DNA of 64,000 nucleotides from Reclinomonas americana ATCC 50394 (Eukaryota). Each line of letters starts with the position of its first letter. Position 1 is the stretch's first letter. Of the stretch, positions 26,537-40,081 are shown piece by piece. The position numbers and the translations under genes are program-made. The stretch is from NCBI GenBank assembly GCA_048213135.1, contig PS015489.1, positions 62,001 through 126,000 on the forward strand, written 5' to 3'. The notes under the pieces were generated by a model. The model was not told where the DNA came from, ran no database searches, and saw only the letters and a list, made by a program, of their open reading frames with translations.

Positions 26537-28497
26537 ATGTTCAGCTGCTTGTCCTGCTGCACTCTTGATCATTACATTCATGAGGCTTCTTGCGCGATGC
26601 TTGCCTCGGTTTCCGACTGTGTGTCACCGCCTCTTTACCAGCAGCAGCAGTAGTAGTCCCATAGTGGGCACCTCGGCGCTGTTTCCTGGCATGCGCAGTG
26701 ATGAGATTGAGAGTTGCATTGTCTCTCTCTCAGTCTCAGTCGCTCTCTGTCGCTCTGTGTCTGATCGTCTCTCTCGCTGATGCAGACACCGCGGTGCACA
26801 TTCTCATGCGTGCCACTGCTGCCTTTGCTGGCACTGTGGGCGACATTGCGCACATTGCAAGCATGTTTGAGAGCACAGGCAGTTGCGCGTGACTCTCTCT
26901 CTTGTGTTCTCTTACGCGCTCGCTGTCTCTGACTCCACTGTGCCAGTCATTGTGCCCGACAGTGCTGCAGTGTTCCTCTTGCGTGGTGCCGTGAGAATGC
27001 ACAGCAAGGAGAGCGTGGAGGATGCGTATGGTGATTTCCTGGCCTCCTCCAAGTACTCATCTGCACCGGTCTGCTCTCTGCCCGCTCTCGCCATACTCTG
27101 GCCGCTACTCACGCCATTGATGCAGTACGCACTCGGGTTGCTTGGTCAGGGAACACTGCTGCGCCTGCTGGAGTTCTCACCGGCTGAGGACGAGGCCGAG
27201 GCCATGCTGCAGTCGATCATGTGGAAGTACAAGATGCCGTTGCCTGACGACTATCAGCGTGGCGATCTCTCCATGCACGTGCTCAACGAGGCTGTCGCGC
27301 TGCTGGAGGCGGAGGAGAGTGAGTATGTGCAGCAGGCGTTGATCCAGCGCGGACTGTGCCACCTGCAGGGCGGCGATCAAGAGATGGGAGACCGCGATTT
27401 GCGTCGCGTGTCGTCGACGACCGCCGAGTTGGAGGATCCCGAGTTGCTGACGCAGCTCGGACAGGCCTACGAGGATTGTGGTATGACGGAGCAGGCGGAG
27501 GTGCTCTTTGCCAAGGCCGTGCAGGCCGATCCGGAGGTGCGTGGAGCAGATTGCCGTTGCTTCCGCGCGTGGTGCTCATGCAATCTGTGTGCGCAGACAA
27601 TGGAGACGCATTTCGACCGTGCCGCCTCGCTGCATGCGCAAGGCAACATGGCCCAGGCTGTGGTCATCCTGAATCGAATCCTGCGACTGAGCGACGGGCA
27701 GCACAGGCAGGCGCTTCGGTTGCGCGGACTCTGCTTCTCGGGCATGGGCGAGCACACTCGCGCCGTGAAAGGTTCGTGTTGTGGCAAAAGGGAAAAGGAA
27801 GTGCAAGGCTCCTCGCTGACTGCATCGCACACAGATCTTAACGAGGTGATCGAAATCGATCCCGACGATATGCAGGCGCTGTGCGGTCGCGCAGCCGCTC
27901 TCATCCACCTCGGCCGCCTTGCCGAGGCCGAGGCGGATTTCGCCAAGGCTCTCGACGTGCAGCCGACGCTGGAAAAGTGTGTTGTCTCGTGCCTTGTGCC
28001 TTGCTCCTCATATCACCTCCTCACTGCTTTGCAGCACCGCGGACGGAACATGGAGGGAACTGCGTTGCGTGTCGTACCACGAACGCGGGCGACTTCGCTT
28101 CGAAATGCGCGATTGGAGTGGCGCGCTTTCCGACCTGAACAACGTGCTGGAGCTCGATCCGCAGCGTGTGGGCGCGTTCATTGATCGTTCCCGTGTGCAC
28201 ACACGCACGGGCGCCATGGACAAGGTCTGTGTGAGGCATCGTGCGTCCACAAAAAAACGAACAGCCTTGCTCACCCTCTCCCGACACAAGGCGCTGTGCG
28301 ACTTGGACTCGGCCCTGGATCTCAACCCGACCGATCCACTGGCTCGCATCTCTCGCGCCGGCCTCTTTGTGCAGCTCGGCCGGTTAGAAGAGGCGCTGGC
28401 CGACGCCGAGACACACGCGGAGGACCATCCCGACGATCCACTCGGACCCATGTTTGTCACCAAGCTCAAGTCGCTGCTGGGCGAGCGGCAAAGATAG
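26537..28497 (+). CDS. TPR-repeat protein, multi-exon
   Basis: Repeated 34-aa TPR motifs (ALRLRGLCFSGMGEHTRAVKDLNEVIEIDPDD, ALCGRAAALIHLGRLAEAEADFAKALDVQP, ARISRAGLFVQLGRLEEALADA). 5' end approximate. Confidence 0.85.
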
Positions 28498-28637
28498 AAA
28501 TGTGGGGGGAGAAGATGTGGTGGTGGCGATGCAACTATAGAGTAAAGCGGATAGGGTTCAGGAGAGTGACAACGAACGTCGCGACAACAAGTCCTGCTGC
28601 ATTGCATTCTTTCGTTGTTGACAACGAAACAGAAGCG

Positions 28638-31600
28638 ATGGCGACTGAGCGTGCGTTTGGTGAATGGAGTTCCGGGATCAACAGTGTGAGTGTGCATGCT
28701 GCAGCTGCATCATCTTGAGTGAGAGTCTCTCTCTCTCTGTCTGTGCACAATCATCACTGACTGCCACATCATGATGACTGCAGGACTTGCTCACGGTGGC
28801 AGCTGTGCGTCTCACTGAGCTCGAGATGAAGGACAAGGTGGTGTTCTGGACAGAGGGACGGTCTGTGGAGACATGCACGCACATCTGCATTCATGCATGC
28901 ATGCTCACATACTTGAAAACCGCACTCCCACAGTCCCGAAGAAGGCGGCCGCAGTGCACTGGTGGCGCAGTCACTGGAGGCCGGTGATGCTGGCCCTGTG
29001 GACATTGTTCCGCGCGATGTCAGTGTCGGCACTCGAGTGCACGAGTTTCGTCGTGACAGCACTAAGAGTGACTGATGCATTGCCTGAGCTTCTCTTTCTC
29101 GCCTCCAGGTACGGTGGCGCTCCGTTCGTGGTGGCCTCGGACCTGCGCGTGTTCTACTCGGAGCCAAAGACCGGCTGCATCTTCCGCATTGATCTGGTGG
29201 ATCGCGCCACGCTGCGGTACTCGGAACCGGTGGCACTGACGGTCGAGTCCAAGCGACGCTTTGCCGACTTTGCGCTGGATGAGACTCGCCGTGCGTGCTC
29301 CTGTTTCACCCCACAAATTGTGTGTTTATGTTGGAGGCTGAGAGACAGGAGCTGCTGCACAGATGTGTTGTATGCGGTGTGCGAGGACCACGCGGGCGAG
29401 GGTCACGAGCCGGCGGCGTCGATTGTGGCGATTGACACGCGCGAGGTGCACGAGGTCCGCACGGTGTACCAGGGCGACGACTTTTATGCAGCGCCGCGTG
29501 TGCACGCTGCATCGAATCGCCTCTGGTACGCGTTTCAGTGCCCGTCAATGCGAGCCGTGCGATGCTGACTTGCTTGCCCCGCAGTTTCTTGGCCTGGAAT
29601 CACCCGGCCATGCCGTTCTTCTCCACCTCGCTCTTTGTTGGCAAGCTACAAGAGGATGGCACTCTTGGTGAGGTGCAGCAGCTGGCTGGCGAGGCTGGCG
29701 AGAGCGTGGTGCAGCCCCTGTGGATCGATGAGGTCTGCTTTCGGCAATAATCCTGCCTCTCTTCCCACCTCTCTCACTCACGCACGCTTGGCGACGCAGG
29801 ACACGTTGTTGTATGTCTCCGACAAGGGCGAGCAGGGCTACTGGAACCCGCACGTGCACACGCTGTCAACCAACACGGCTGTCAACATCTGCCCATCCGC
29901 GCGCGAGGTACGCAGTGTGGCGGAGGTGGTTGTCCTTGCGTGCTCCTGCCATCGTCATCTGACATGCGCGCAGTTTGCCGAGCCAGCGTGGCTGTTTGAT
30001 CGTCGCATGGTGGCCGTGGAAGATGCTGAGCATATCATCGCCGCTTGTTGCGTTGCTGGCTTGCTTGCGACGCACGTTACTTTACGACCTGCTGATTTCG
30101 CGTGCACGCAGTTATCGAAAAGGGCTTTTACTCGCTGGTGCGCATCAACATTCGGACGCACGCAGTGGAAGGTGAGTTTTCCTCGGCACCGAGCTCCACC
30201 TGCATGTGACTGACAGTTGCAGCAGCCGTCGACTCGCCCTTCACTGTCGTCGGCAAGATCACCACCGACTCGGGGTTCCTGGCGCTGCTCGGCGAGAACA
30301 GCATGACTGCTCGCTCTGTGGTGGTGCGTAGTCTGGCTGCCGGTGGTGCCGACGAGTGGAAGGTTCTGCGCGCCTCGTGCAGTTTCTGCCTTGAAGTCGG
30401 CTACATTTCGGTGCCGGAGCCAATCAACGACGTGCCGTCTGGTGGGACAGTGCATTCCTGTCGTTGTCTGTGGTGTCTCTCCTTTGCTCACCACCACCAT
30501 CTCTGTTGCAGGCGATGGCGTGACACATGCGCTGTTCTATCGCCCGAAGAACCCCCGCTTCTCGTGCTCCACTCAGAAGCCACCGCTGCTCGTCAAGACG
30601 CACGGTGGACCGACTGCGGCGTCAGCGCCTGGTCTCTCGTTAGTCATTCAGTACTTTACCAGGTGAGTGCGCGACTGCGTGAATGCATTTTCTTGGAGAC
30701 TGTACTCACATTCCTTTGTTGAGCAGCCGAGGATGGGCCGTGTGCGATCTCAACTATCGGTGAGTGCTGCCTCCTGGGGCGTTCTTCACTCACCTTTTTT
30801 CTCACGCTGCATGCACGCAGTGGTTCGACTGGCTACGGTCGTCAGCACCGAATGGCTGCTCACGGACGCGTTGCGTTGATATCATAGTGGCTTCCAAGCA
30901 GTGTTCGAAAGCACTGATTCTGTCTCGTACATGACTGCAGTGGGGTGTGGTCGACGTGGAGGACTGCGTGTCGATTGTGAACTGGCTGGCCGACCGCGGA
31001 GAGAGTCCGTCACGCCTGTTTTCTCTCTCCTGTTGTTGTTGCACATCTTGCATGACACTGTACTCGCAGTCGATCGGCAGCGTGTGTGCGTCGACGGCGC
31101 ATCGGCTGGCGGATACACCACGCTGGCGTGCCTGGCGTTTGCTCCGTCCACCTTTGCGGCCGGCACCTCGTACTACGGCATCTCCGATCTGGTGCTGTTG
31201 GCGCAGGATACGCACAAGGTGCGCCTGTCGTGGAGAGAAAGGGCGTAGTGTGTTCTTGTCTAATCGTTATATTGCAGTTTGAAGCGCGCTACCTCGACAC
31301 GCTGAGTTGCGTCCACTTGATTCGAAGGTCACGTCGCTGCTCTGTCTTTAAATCCTCCCGCTGGCAGTCGGTCCGTATCCGGAGGGTCGCCAGTTGTACG
31401 TCGACCGTTCGCCCATCACGCACGTGGCGGCCATCAAGGCACCGACGCTGTTGCTTCAGGGTCTGTATCTCTACGATGCTGTTGCTGGTGTTGTGACTCA
31501 CGCTCGAGGCATGCAGGACTCGACGACAAGGTCGTGCCGCCGAACCAGGCTCGCCTCATCAGCGAAAGCCTCAGCGAACGTGGTGCGTTGTTTTTGTTTA

Positions 31601-31951
31601 TCCAGTTGTTGCGATTGCACACGTCTCACGATCGCGTGCAGGAGTGCCGGTGGCTCTGGTCGAGTTCGAAGGTGCGTGTGTGTGTGTGTGTGTTGTGCAT
31701 GGTCCTTCTCTATCACCAGGTATGTAACAATGGAAGTGGTACAGGCGAGGGACACGGCTTCCGCAAGGCATCGTCGATCGAACAGAGCCTCGAGGCGGAG
31801 AACATGTTCTACGCCAAGGTATGGCCACTGTTCATCCCGTGTATTGGTGATGCATCGCAGCCCACATGTCATCACCGCGCAGGTGTTTGGTTTCCACCTT
31901 CCCGAGGCGGATTTCCTGTTCTGCCCGCCCATCAAGAATCTCGACAAGTGA
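28638..31951 (+). CDS. S9 family peptidase (dipeptidyl/acylaminoacyl-peptidase-like), multi-exon
   Basis: AFGEWSSGI, LAWNHPAMPF, PPLLVKTHGGPT, NYRGSTGYGR, WGVVDVEDC, GASAGGY (catalytic Ser), LLQGLDDKVVPPNQA (Asp), FEGEGHGFRK (His). Confidence 0.93.
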
Positions 31952-31995
31952 GCGCACCCACATTATGCCCCTGCGCGTGCGACCGACATCGGTCT

Positions 31996-34279
31996 TCAAT
32001 AATGCACATCGTAAAAATGAACCTTGCGTCCCCCGCTCGCCCACTGGCACGTACGCAACGGTGACGACTCGTGGTCGGTGACCAGCAGCGTCGGTGTGCG
32101 TGTGCGTGCACCGGCCAGCACCGGGTACGGCGTGGAGTCTCCTATTATGTAATCCACATCGCCCAGCAGCATCCAGCGCGCCATCTCCCAGGCCACTCGG
32201 CCATCCACATCCGTCACCGATGCTGGCGGGTCGATGCTGTCTCGCACCTGGAGTGATCACGACGGGGTGTATGAGTACCAGCTGCGACTGCGAGAAACTC
32301 CCGGGCTCACCAGCAACGCCTTATTGGGTCCCACGAGCTTCGTCACAAACTCCACGACAGCATCCGAGTCGGTGCGCAGCACGACCAGAGTGGTGGCGGC
32401 CGACGCTTCAGTGACCCCCTGCCACTCCTTGATTGCCGTGTCGACGCAGTGAGAGATCTCGTCGAGTCGTGCGGTGGAAAACTGAGCGTCAGGCTGGTGA
32501 GTGGCTGCGAAGGAATGCAGAAGAACGAGATACAAAACACACACGCACCGGCGTACCGCGCTCCATCATCCACAGACCGATGCGGAGCTTCTGGCCCTCC
32601 TGCCACATTTGCTGCTGTCGGAGGGCACCCATCGCCGAGACGAGTGGTGCACGAGGCCGTGCAAACAGTGTGTTCAACACTGGCAGCACAAATAAGTCGG
32701 ATCGCAGGCACAAAAGCACTCCCAACTCACAGACCTCGCGCGGCGAAATCGTATCGCGATGGTGAGATGCCGATCTGGTTCAGCAGGAAGGCGTGCGTCT
32801 GGCACTCTTGCAACATGCGCTCGAACGAGCGATTACCGGAGATGGCCAGCAGCGTCTCGGGATACTGGCGATTCACGTGACAGTCTTGCACACTTGAACA
32901 GGCGCAGTCAGAGACACGCACTTCATGACGACGACACAGGGGGAGCAACGCAACGCCGCCATGAATGTGCCGTTGGTCACACTTGTCTCCGCAATCGTCG
33001 ACGCGTCGCTCACGTACATGGACGTGCGTGCCGACGCCAGTGTCAGTGGCGAGAAGGGCGCCTCGAACAGCACATCTGGGTGGGGGGAACGAGGCAATTG
33101 TGATGAGACGCACTTTCTCACAAGTTTTCGTTCAGCAAGCAAACCATACGCCGGCAAATCCCACAGCAGCACTCGATCCGTGACCTGTTGCGATGAGGTG
33201 AGAATGGATGCATGCACGGAGCAAGGCCGTACATAATACACACACCAGGGCCAGACGCATGCCACTCAAAAGCAAGCGCAGCGAACCGCTCCACGCCTCC
33301 ACGTCGAGAATCTCACGATCGGCGGCACGCACCACCACAAACCGTGGCGGCGGTGGCGCAGCCGATGGCGGCAGATGCTCGTCAGGCGCAGGCGTCAGCA
33401 GCAGCTGCAAGTGTCTTTGGTACACCTCGCGAAAGCTAAACATCACCGGCGCCTTCATCGCCTGCTGCGTCACGTGTATCCTCGCTGGCAAGAACCTCAC
33501 GGCATCCGGCGCAAAGTTGTTGCTGCTCCAACTGCGTGAGCGTGCAGCATCGCAGAAAAAGACAGCGACAACGGCATGCTCAACCTGGGCGCTCGCACCA
33601 CTGGCACTCCATCGACCTCCTCCACTGGTGGCGTAAACAGCGCCGCCTCGGCCTCCTCCGCCGCCGACGGTGCCGTCCACGAGCGATACACCGCCGCCGC
33701 CACCGACATGAACAGCACCACCATACACATCAGCGTGATAATCACCACCGAGGTGGCCTTGCGCGGCGGCACGGCCGACGATTCTCCCAGTCGCCGCTCC
33801 CCACTGGCCTCTTGCCACTGAATCGTCGACGGTGACAGCCCCACGGTCGATGACGCCCGCGAGCCTTGCCGCGACTCCTCGCGAAGCCACATGGGAGACG
33901 AGAACGCCGCGCGACTGCTTGTGCATGCGTGTGGGTTTCAAATTGGATCATGCATGCGAGTGAGAGGAATGCACACGCAACTCGGCAGTGGCCACTGGCG
34001 ACCAAAACGCGGCCGACGACGCCAGCAAGCGCGACGACTGCGACACCTAACAATGGACACATGAACGACTGTCGATGCGCGTTCCAGAGAGCGTGCGCAC
34101 ACGTGTACCTGTGGCAGCTGCTGTCGCTCATCCGCAGCCTCATACTGCAACAACGCTGCGTCCTCCTCATCGCGCTCATCATCCTGCTCATCGACTGCGC
34201 TGGTGTCCTCTAATGAAGACGATGCACCACCAGCGGAGGAGGCGAAGCCGCGGATCAGCCGCAGCTCTTCTTCCCTCAT
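31996..34279 (-). CDS. Hypothetical type II membrane protein, multi-exon
   Basis: Acidic N-terminus, a single TM segment (VVIITLMCMVVLFMSVAAAVY), then a globular region over several GT-AG exons. Family not recognised. Confidence 0.5.
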
Positions 34280-34314
34280 GAACGACAACGATTGATAACA
34301 CATAGAAATTTTAC

Positions 34315-34579
34315 TCATCGTTTTGTGACGACATGATTGCATCGTACACTGTCGAACGCGCGCGTGAGTGTGAGCGACAGTGTGTGAGAGAGCGGGTTGA
34401 AGAGCGCGCACTCACCACGCCATGTAAATCGCAAAGCTCGTCTCTTTGGTGTTGAGATTGCCAAAGAAGAACGCCGCCTGCGCACACACATTCCAACATG
34501 AAATCGACGCGAATCCACAAGAGCTGCACACGCAAGCACACACAGAGAGAGAGAGAGAGACAGCACAACACACTGCACG

Positions 34580-34622
<43 letters not shown>

Positions 34623-35064
34623 TGTTGTCTCTCGCACGCATCCACTCTGCACTCTCTCACACACACATGCACACACACACACAGAAGCACAGCAGACACA
34701 GCACACAGCACACACTCTTGCCTCTCTTCTTGTTGTGTGTGTGTGTGTCTCTCAAGCACACCCTTGCCTCTCTCTCTCCCTTGCCTCTCTCTTCTCTCAC
34801 CTCCTCATGATGGCAATTAGGGCACGTATGCACCGTCCTCTGCAACGTGCGATCCGCCGCATAGTTGACCGTGCTGCTGGCCTCGGCCGAGCCCGTCACA
34901 CCCGCCGCCGCCGCGGCCACCGGGTCCAGTCGATTCGTGTACACCACGGGTGAGTCGGCGGCCACTGGCGCCGACCCACAGTGCTTGCACTGATAGATCA
35001 GCCGCTTCTCGTGCTTGTCGGCACTGGCGTACATGATGTTGTTGCAGTCGGGGCAGAAGCGCAT
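34315..35064 (-). CDS. RPB9: RNA polymerase II subunit RPB9-like (two zinc ribbons), 3 exons
   Basis: MRFCPDCNNIMY...LIYQCKHC ... ADRTLQRT.HTCPNCHHEE|AAFF...FAIYMAC|VRCNHV. The first intron is filled with GA/GT microsatellites. Confidence 0.88.
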
Positions 35065-35115
35065 TCTCACGAGTTGTCAGCAAACAAAGTCCACTACACT
35101 GGCGCCGGTCGATTG

Positions 35116-35649
35116 ATGATCAGTTACAAGGCGGCAATGGAGGGCGCGCGCATTGGCAAGGTGTGTGGCATTGCGCGTGTATGTGTGTGTGTCTATGTGT
35201 GCGCGTGTGTGTGTCTGCGTGCGCGCGCGTGGCAGAGGAAAAAGTAACGGTGGGGCTTCTGTTTGTTTTTTTGGGAGGGAAATGTTCACACTTGTCACAC
35301 ACAGAGGAAGACACTGGGCGGGTTTGTGCCGAAGGGGCCTGCGCGTGCGCTTGGTCGCGTGGTGTACATTCACAAGGGAATCACGTACCACGGACGCATT
35401 CAGGAGGACGGCATGATTGTGCATGTGGGACTGGCCAGCGACTCATCTTCACACTCCCCTTCGTCGTCGTCGTCGTCAGCAGCGGGCACCACCACGCCCA
35501 CTGGTGAGGGACCGAGTCCATTTGCGTCGCCACTGGAGTGGACAAGATACGTAGAGGAGCTGGCGGATGCAGAGGAGTTGCGACGACAGCAGCTGGCGGC
35601 CGCCGCGCAGGAGGCCAGCAGCGACAGTGATGGAGGAGCGGCACCATGA
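35116..35649 (+). CDS. Small stand-alone RAMA-domain-like protein, 2 exons
   Basis: GFVPKG...VVYIHKGITYHGRIQEDGMIVHVG-[Ser/Thr linker]-PFASPLEWTRYV resembles the RAMA consensus (Y+G+++.A.L..DG.I...G..F.SPS.WA). Confidence 0.5.
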
Positions 35650-35802
35650 ACGAGGGAGAGGGGGACTACTACTGTGTGTGCTTGCTTGCTTGCTTCCCGC
35701 CTTTGTGCGGTCGGCGTGCGTTTCGATGCCTTTGTGTGTGTTGTGTGTTGTGTGAGAAAAAATCAGCTATTTCTATTGCATTTGTGTAAAACGAGTATGA
35801 GG

Positions 35803-37541
35803 TCACGCTTTTCTCGGTGCCTCCTCCATGGCCTTGCCGTAGGAGTAGCCGGCGAGGCCTAGTAGTACGACAAAGATGCCGAGGCTCTTGCGCGCGTCCA
35901 GCGTCTCGTTGAAGAGGAGCCAGCCGCCGAGCAGCACCATTACCGTCTTCAAGTAGCCGAGCACGTTGACGCTGGGTATGTGTGAAGTGTGTGAGCGACT
36001 GAGTGTGGGGGAAACGGCGAGAGAGAAGCAAGGAGGTGCGCAACGTCAGTGCCGTGGTCACTCGTGACATTTGGAAGAGGGCCAGCGTCAATCCGAACCC
36101 ACACATTGCCGAGAGCAGCAGCAGCGACTGGGGAGGGAGTGAGCAACGGCAGAAAACAGAGTACCAAAAACGACGACAGTGAACGCACAATGATGCTGAA
36201 CGACCAGGTGACCTTGTGCAACTCCGACACGCGATCAAAGAACGGCACAAAGAACAGCAGGAGCACCGACGAGATGCCGGACTGGTACATGACGCACTGC
36301 TGCGGTGAGCAGTCGAGTCGCTTCTGAATGTCGCCCACCCACTGCGCGCACACACAGAGATGTTTAGCGACCTTGACACAAGAAGAAGTTGTGTACTGAG
36401 CGGGCACGCAACAATCGTGTAAAACGCGTTGGAGAGGCAGGCCAGACCGCCGACCAGCAGACCGGCGGCCGTGGTCGACACGTCGCTGACCACCATGATC
36501 GAGGCACCGACGCACATGACCACCACGCACATGATACTCCACGTTGAGTAGGTAGTGCCGTTGACCTTTTGGATGGCGAGAATCGTCGGCGACACCAGCA
36601 CCTTGAACATCTGCCGATCCGGCACACAAAAAAGGAATCACTAACCATGTTCCGCTCGCCAGGCAATCCCATCACGACGCACCTGATACACCATGACGCT
36701 GTTGTAGAGCAAGCTGAGATTGCCAAACACCACGTAGCCACTAAACGAGAGCGCCAGCTTCGACATCTCCACCATATTCACATCCTTCAACTCAAAATGC
36801 CCCCTAAAGTGCAGCACCGTCAGCAGGCCGCATTGCACACTCAACCCAATCACCGTCAACAGAGTGCCTGCGCGCGCGCACGTGATGGAAACGATGAGCA
36901 ACGCAGCGACGACAGCAGCAACAGTGATATGCGAACCGAATTTGAATCCCATGATGAAAAGGACCTTGTTGAGAAAGACGACGCCCAACGAGCACACCAC
37001 ATTGATGCCAATGATCAGCACGGCATACATCGAGCTGCCACCGCGCGACTCCTGCATCCCACACAACATCAGGCAAACACTGCAAAAAAGAAAACTTCCG
37101 ATGCGTGCTCACCGGTGCCAACAGTGGCGCTGTTGACGATGCCGACGATGACGACACGCCTCCCCCCACACCCGCCACCGTCGACGGCGCATGATGATGA
37201 TGCAGATGATGCTGGTGACCGTGATGGTGATGGTGATGGTGATGCTGAGTCGACGAAACAGCCACTCCAACTGCTCCTCCTCCACCAACACCACCAACAC
37301 CACCAGTGCCTCCCACACCAGTGGCAGTCACGCCGACCGCACCTTGCGACAGTGGAGGCGCTGCGGTCGATAGTGGAGGAGCGCCAGTGGTTGGTGGTCG
37401 ATGCTTGGCCACGCCCGTGGAGAAGCTGTTCAACTCAATGTCGGCGCCCTCGGCTGCATTCACAGCAGCAGAGGCGCCACCGTTGTGCAGAAACGCTGCA
37501 GAGAGACGCGTGGCAGGGTCCACTGCGCCTCCGCTGGCCAT
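35803..37541 (-). CDS. Nucleotide-sugar transporter, SLC35E3-like (TPT/DMT family)
   Basis: INVVCSLGVVFLNKVLF, FSGYVVFGNLSLLYNSVMVYQMFKVLVSP, TTALTVNVLGYLKTV; long His/Gly-rich N-terminal tail. Confidence 0.85.
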
Positions 37542-37738
37542 CTCCTCTTCCCCCGCTCACGCAAACACACACACAAAACAGAGACACAAAACGCAATCAC
37601 AGAAGGAAGGAGGCAAGAAGGCGAGGGGAATGCAGTCGAGAGCAGACGATGCGCACTTGAAGAGAGAGAGAGATAAGAGCTGCGTGGACATTCGACCGGC
37701 TCGCGCATCCGCAACTGTCCATTGTCACTTGTCTCGCG

Positions 37739-39996
37739 ATGGGGTGGACGGCCACTCAGATCGTTGGCTCCTTTGTGGCTGCCTCGATGGCGTGGGGCAT
37801 TGGTGTGCTGCTCCTTCTCATCTCCTCACTTTTCATATGTACATTGACTGATGCATTGTCACAGGTGCAAGCGATTGTGCCAATTCATTCGGGTGCGAGA
37901 CACAGTGCATTCCCGTCTCTCTCTCTGTGTGTCTCATTGCGTGTCTGCAGCACGAGTGTGGGCTCTGGCGCCTTGTCGCTGCGAGTGGCACTGATGCTGG
38001 CGACCGTGTTCGAATTTGGCGGATCTCTTTTGATGGGTGGCTCCGTGTCTTCGTCGCTGGCGTCGGTGGTGCACGTGGACATTGATCCGGCGGATCCGGC
38101 TGCTGCCGACAAGTACTTTGTGTTCCAGTTGGTGATGCTTTGCACGCTGTTTGGTGCCTCGGCGTGGGTGATTGTGGCGACGTATTTCAAGTGGCCCGTG
38201 TCGACCACGCACTCGGTGGTCGGGGCGCTGGTGGGCACTGGAATCGTGGCGTACGGGTTTGATAGCATCAACTACACGGTGGTCGTCACTGCGGCGATTT
38301 CGTGGGTCACGAGTCCGGTGCTGGGCGGACTCGTGTCGTTCTTCATCAACCTGTTGGTGGAAAAACTGGTGCTCCGGCACCCACGGCCGCTGTCGCGTGT
38401 TCGCTGGGTGTTTCCGCCCATTGTCGGCTGCTCTGTGGGCGGTCTCTTTGCGTTTCTCGTCACCAAGGGTCCCAAGTTGAGCGCACCGTCGTTGTCGTCT
38501 TGTGCGCGATGATCGTTGTTGACCGCGAGTACTGCAGGTTGCTGTTGATTCCTCTCGACGCGTGGATCATTTGGCTCACCGCCCTCGGCATCTTTGTGGT
38601 GGTGACCACGGCCTCGTGCTTTGTGTTGCCGGCGATGCAGGTGGCCATGTCGGCCAAGTCGAAACCATCGCTGCTCTCCACGCAGTTGCGTTCGAATTAA
38701 TATGCACACCCCTTCACACAGTTCCTCACTTACCTCTGCAGAGGCCATCACGACGAGGACGATGCGGCATCGCCTACCACGGAGGCCGTTGGCATCGAGA
38801 TGCACGACATACGCCGGACGATGGCTTCGGCGGGAGACGACTCGGCTGATGTCGAGTCTGCGAGCGCTCACAAGGAGGAGCAACGAGTGGTGGCCGAGCT
38901 CGGCATCGCTGCCTCTTCTGCGTCACTCGGTACCGCCACTGCCGACCACGGTGACGACGACGATGACGACGACGGCATCAGTGACACTCGAGCGGGCAAG
39001 AGAAAGGCTGCAGCAGCTGAGGAGAAGCGTTCACTCAAGGACAACGAAGAAGAAGCAGACGGTGACGGCGAGAGCAATGGCAGCTCTTCCTCTGCCATGC
39101 GCCGAGTGACCACCGACAACGCATCCGGAGAGGCGTCAATGCACCCGTCTTCGGGAACGAGTCCACCCGCAGCAGCAGCAGCGGGCGAGGAGGAACACAT
39201 GGATGAGGGAAGGCGGCGCGAGATTGAAATCGTGCAGCGTCCGTTCCGCTACCTGATGGTGATGAGTGCCAGTTTGCTGGCCTTTGCGCACGGAGCCAAC
39301 GATGTGGCGGTGAGTGTGGACACACGGTCGCACTCTCAGGGCTGTGTTGTGTCGCTCATCTCCGAGGTTGATTGTAGAATGCGATTGGACCGTACGTGGC
39401 CATGTTGCAGACCGCCAGCTACACGAGTCCCGGCAGCAAGTCAGTGGGCGTGCCGTTCTGGGTGACTTGTGGTGGCGGCGCATTCATCTCCTTAGGTCTC
39501 CTCACGTGGGGCTATCGGTGAGCGTCGTCGGCGACAAAGGAAATGAGGAGTCGAGGATTTCTCACCTCTCACGTCACGCGCAGAGTAATGGGCACCGTGG
39601 GCAAGAAGATCACCAAACTGACATTCGTGCGCGGCTACGCTATGGAATTCTCCACCGCGCTGAGCGTCCTGGTGGCCACTGTTATTGGTGCCCCAGTGTC
39701 GACAACGCACGTGCTGGTCGGCGCAGTTGTCGGCGGTCAGTGACAGCTTTTCTATCACGCCTGCATCACCACTGCCGCTAAACATGCACGATACAGGTGG
39801 TCTGGTCGAAGGCACCAAGAACGTCAATCTGCGGTGAGCAGCCTCCTTTCCGACGTCTGCATTCTCCTCCTCACTCACAATGCATCGCAGAGTTGTCCGC
39901 AGCATTGTCATGTCGTGGGTGATCACCATCCCCGCCGCCGCCGCCTGCTCCATCCTTCTCTTCCTCATCATCCGTCTCTTTGTCTCGCTAACATAA
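37739..39996 (+). CDS. PiT/PHO4 (SLC20) phosphate transporter
   Basis: [79 protein letters not shown]. Confidence 0.94.
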
Positions 39997-40081
39997 TTGT
40001 AAAAAGAAAAAGCATAATCGGAGTCATCCTTGTCCTGCAGCCGCCTTCTTTTGGGACGCTTCTTTTCCTTACACCTCCACG

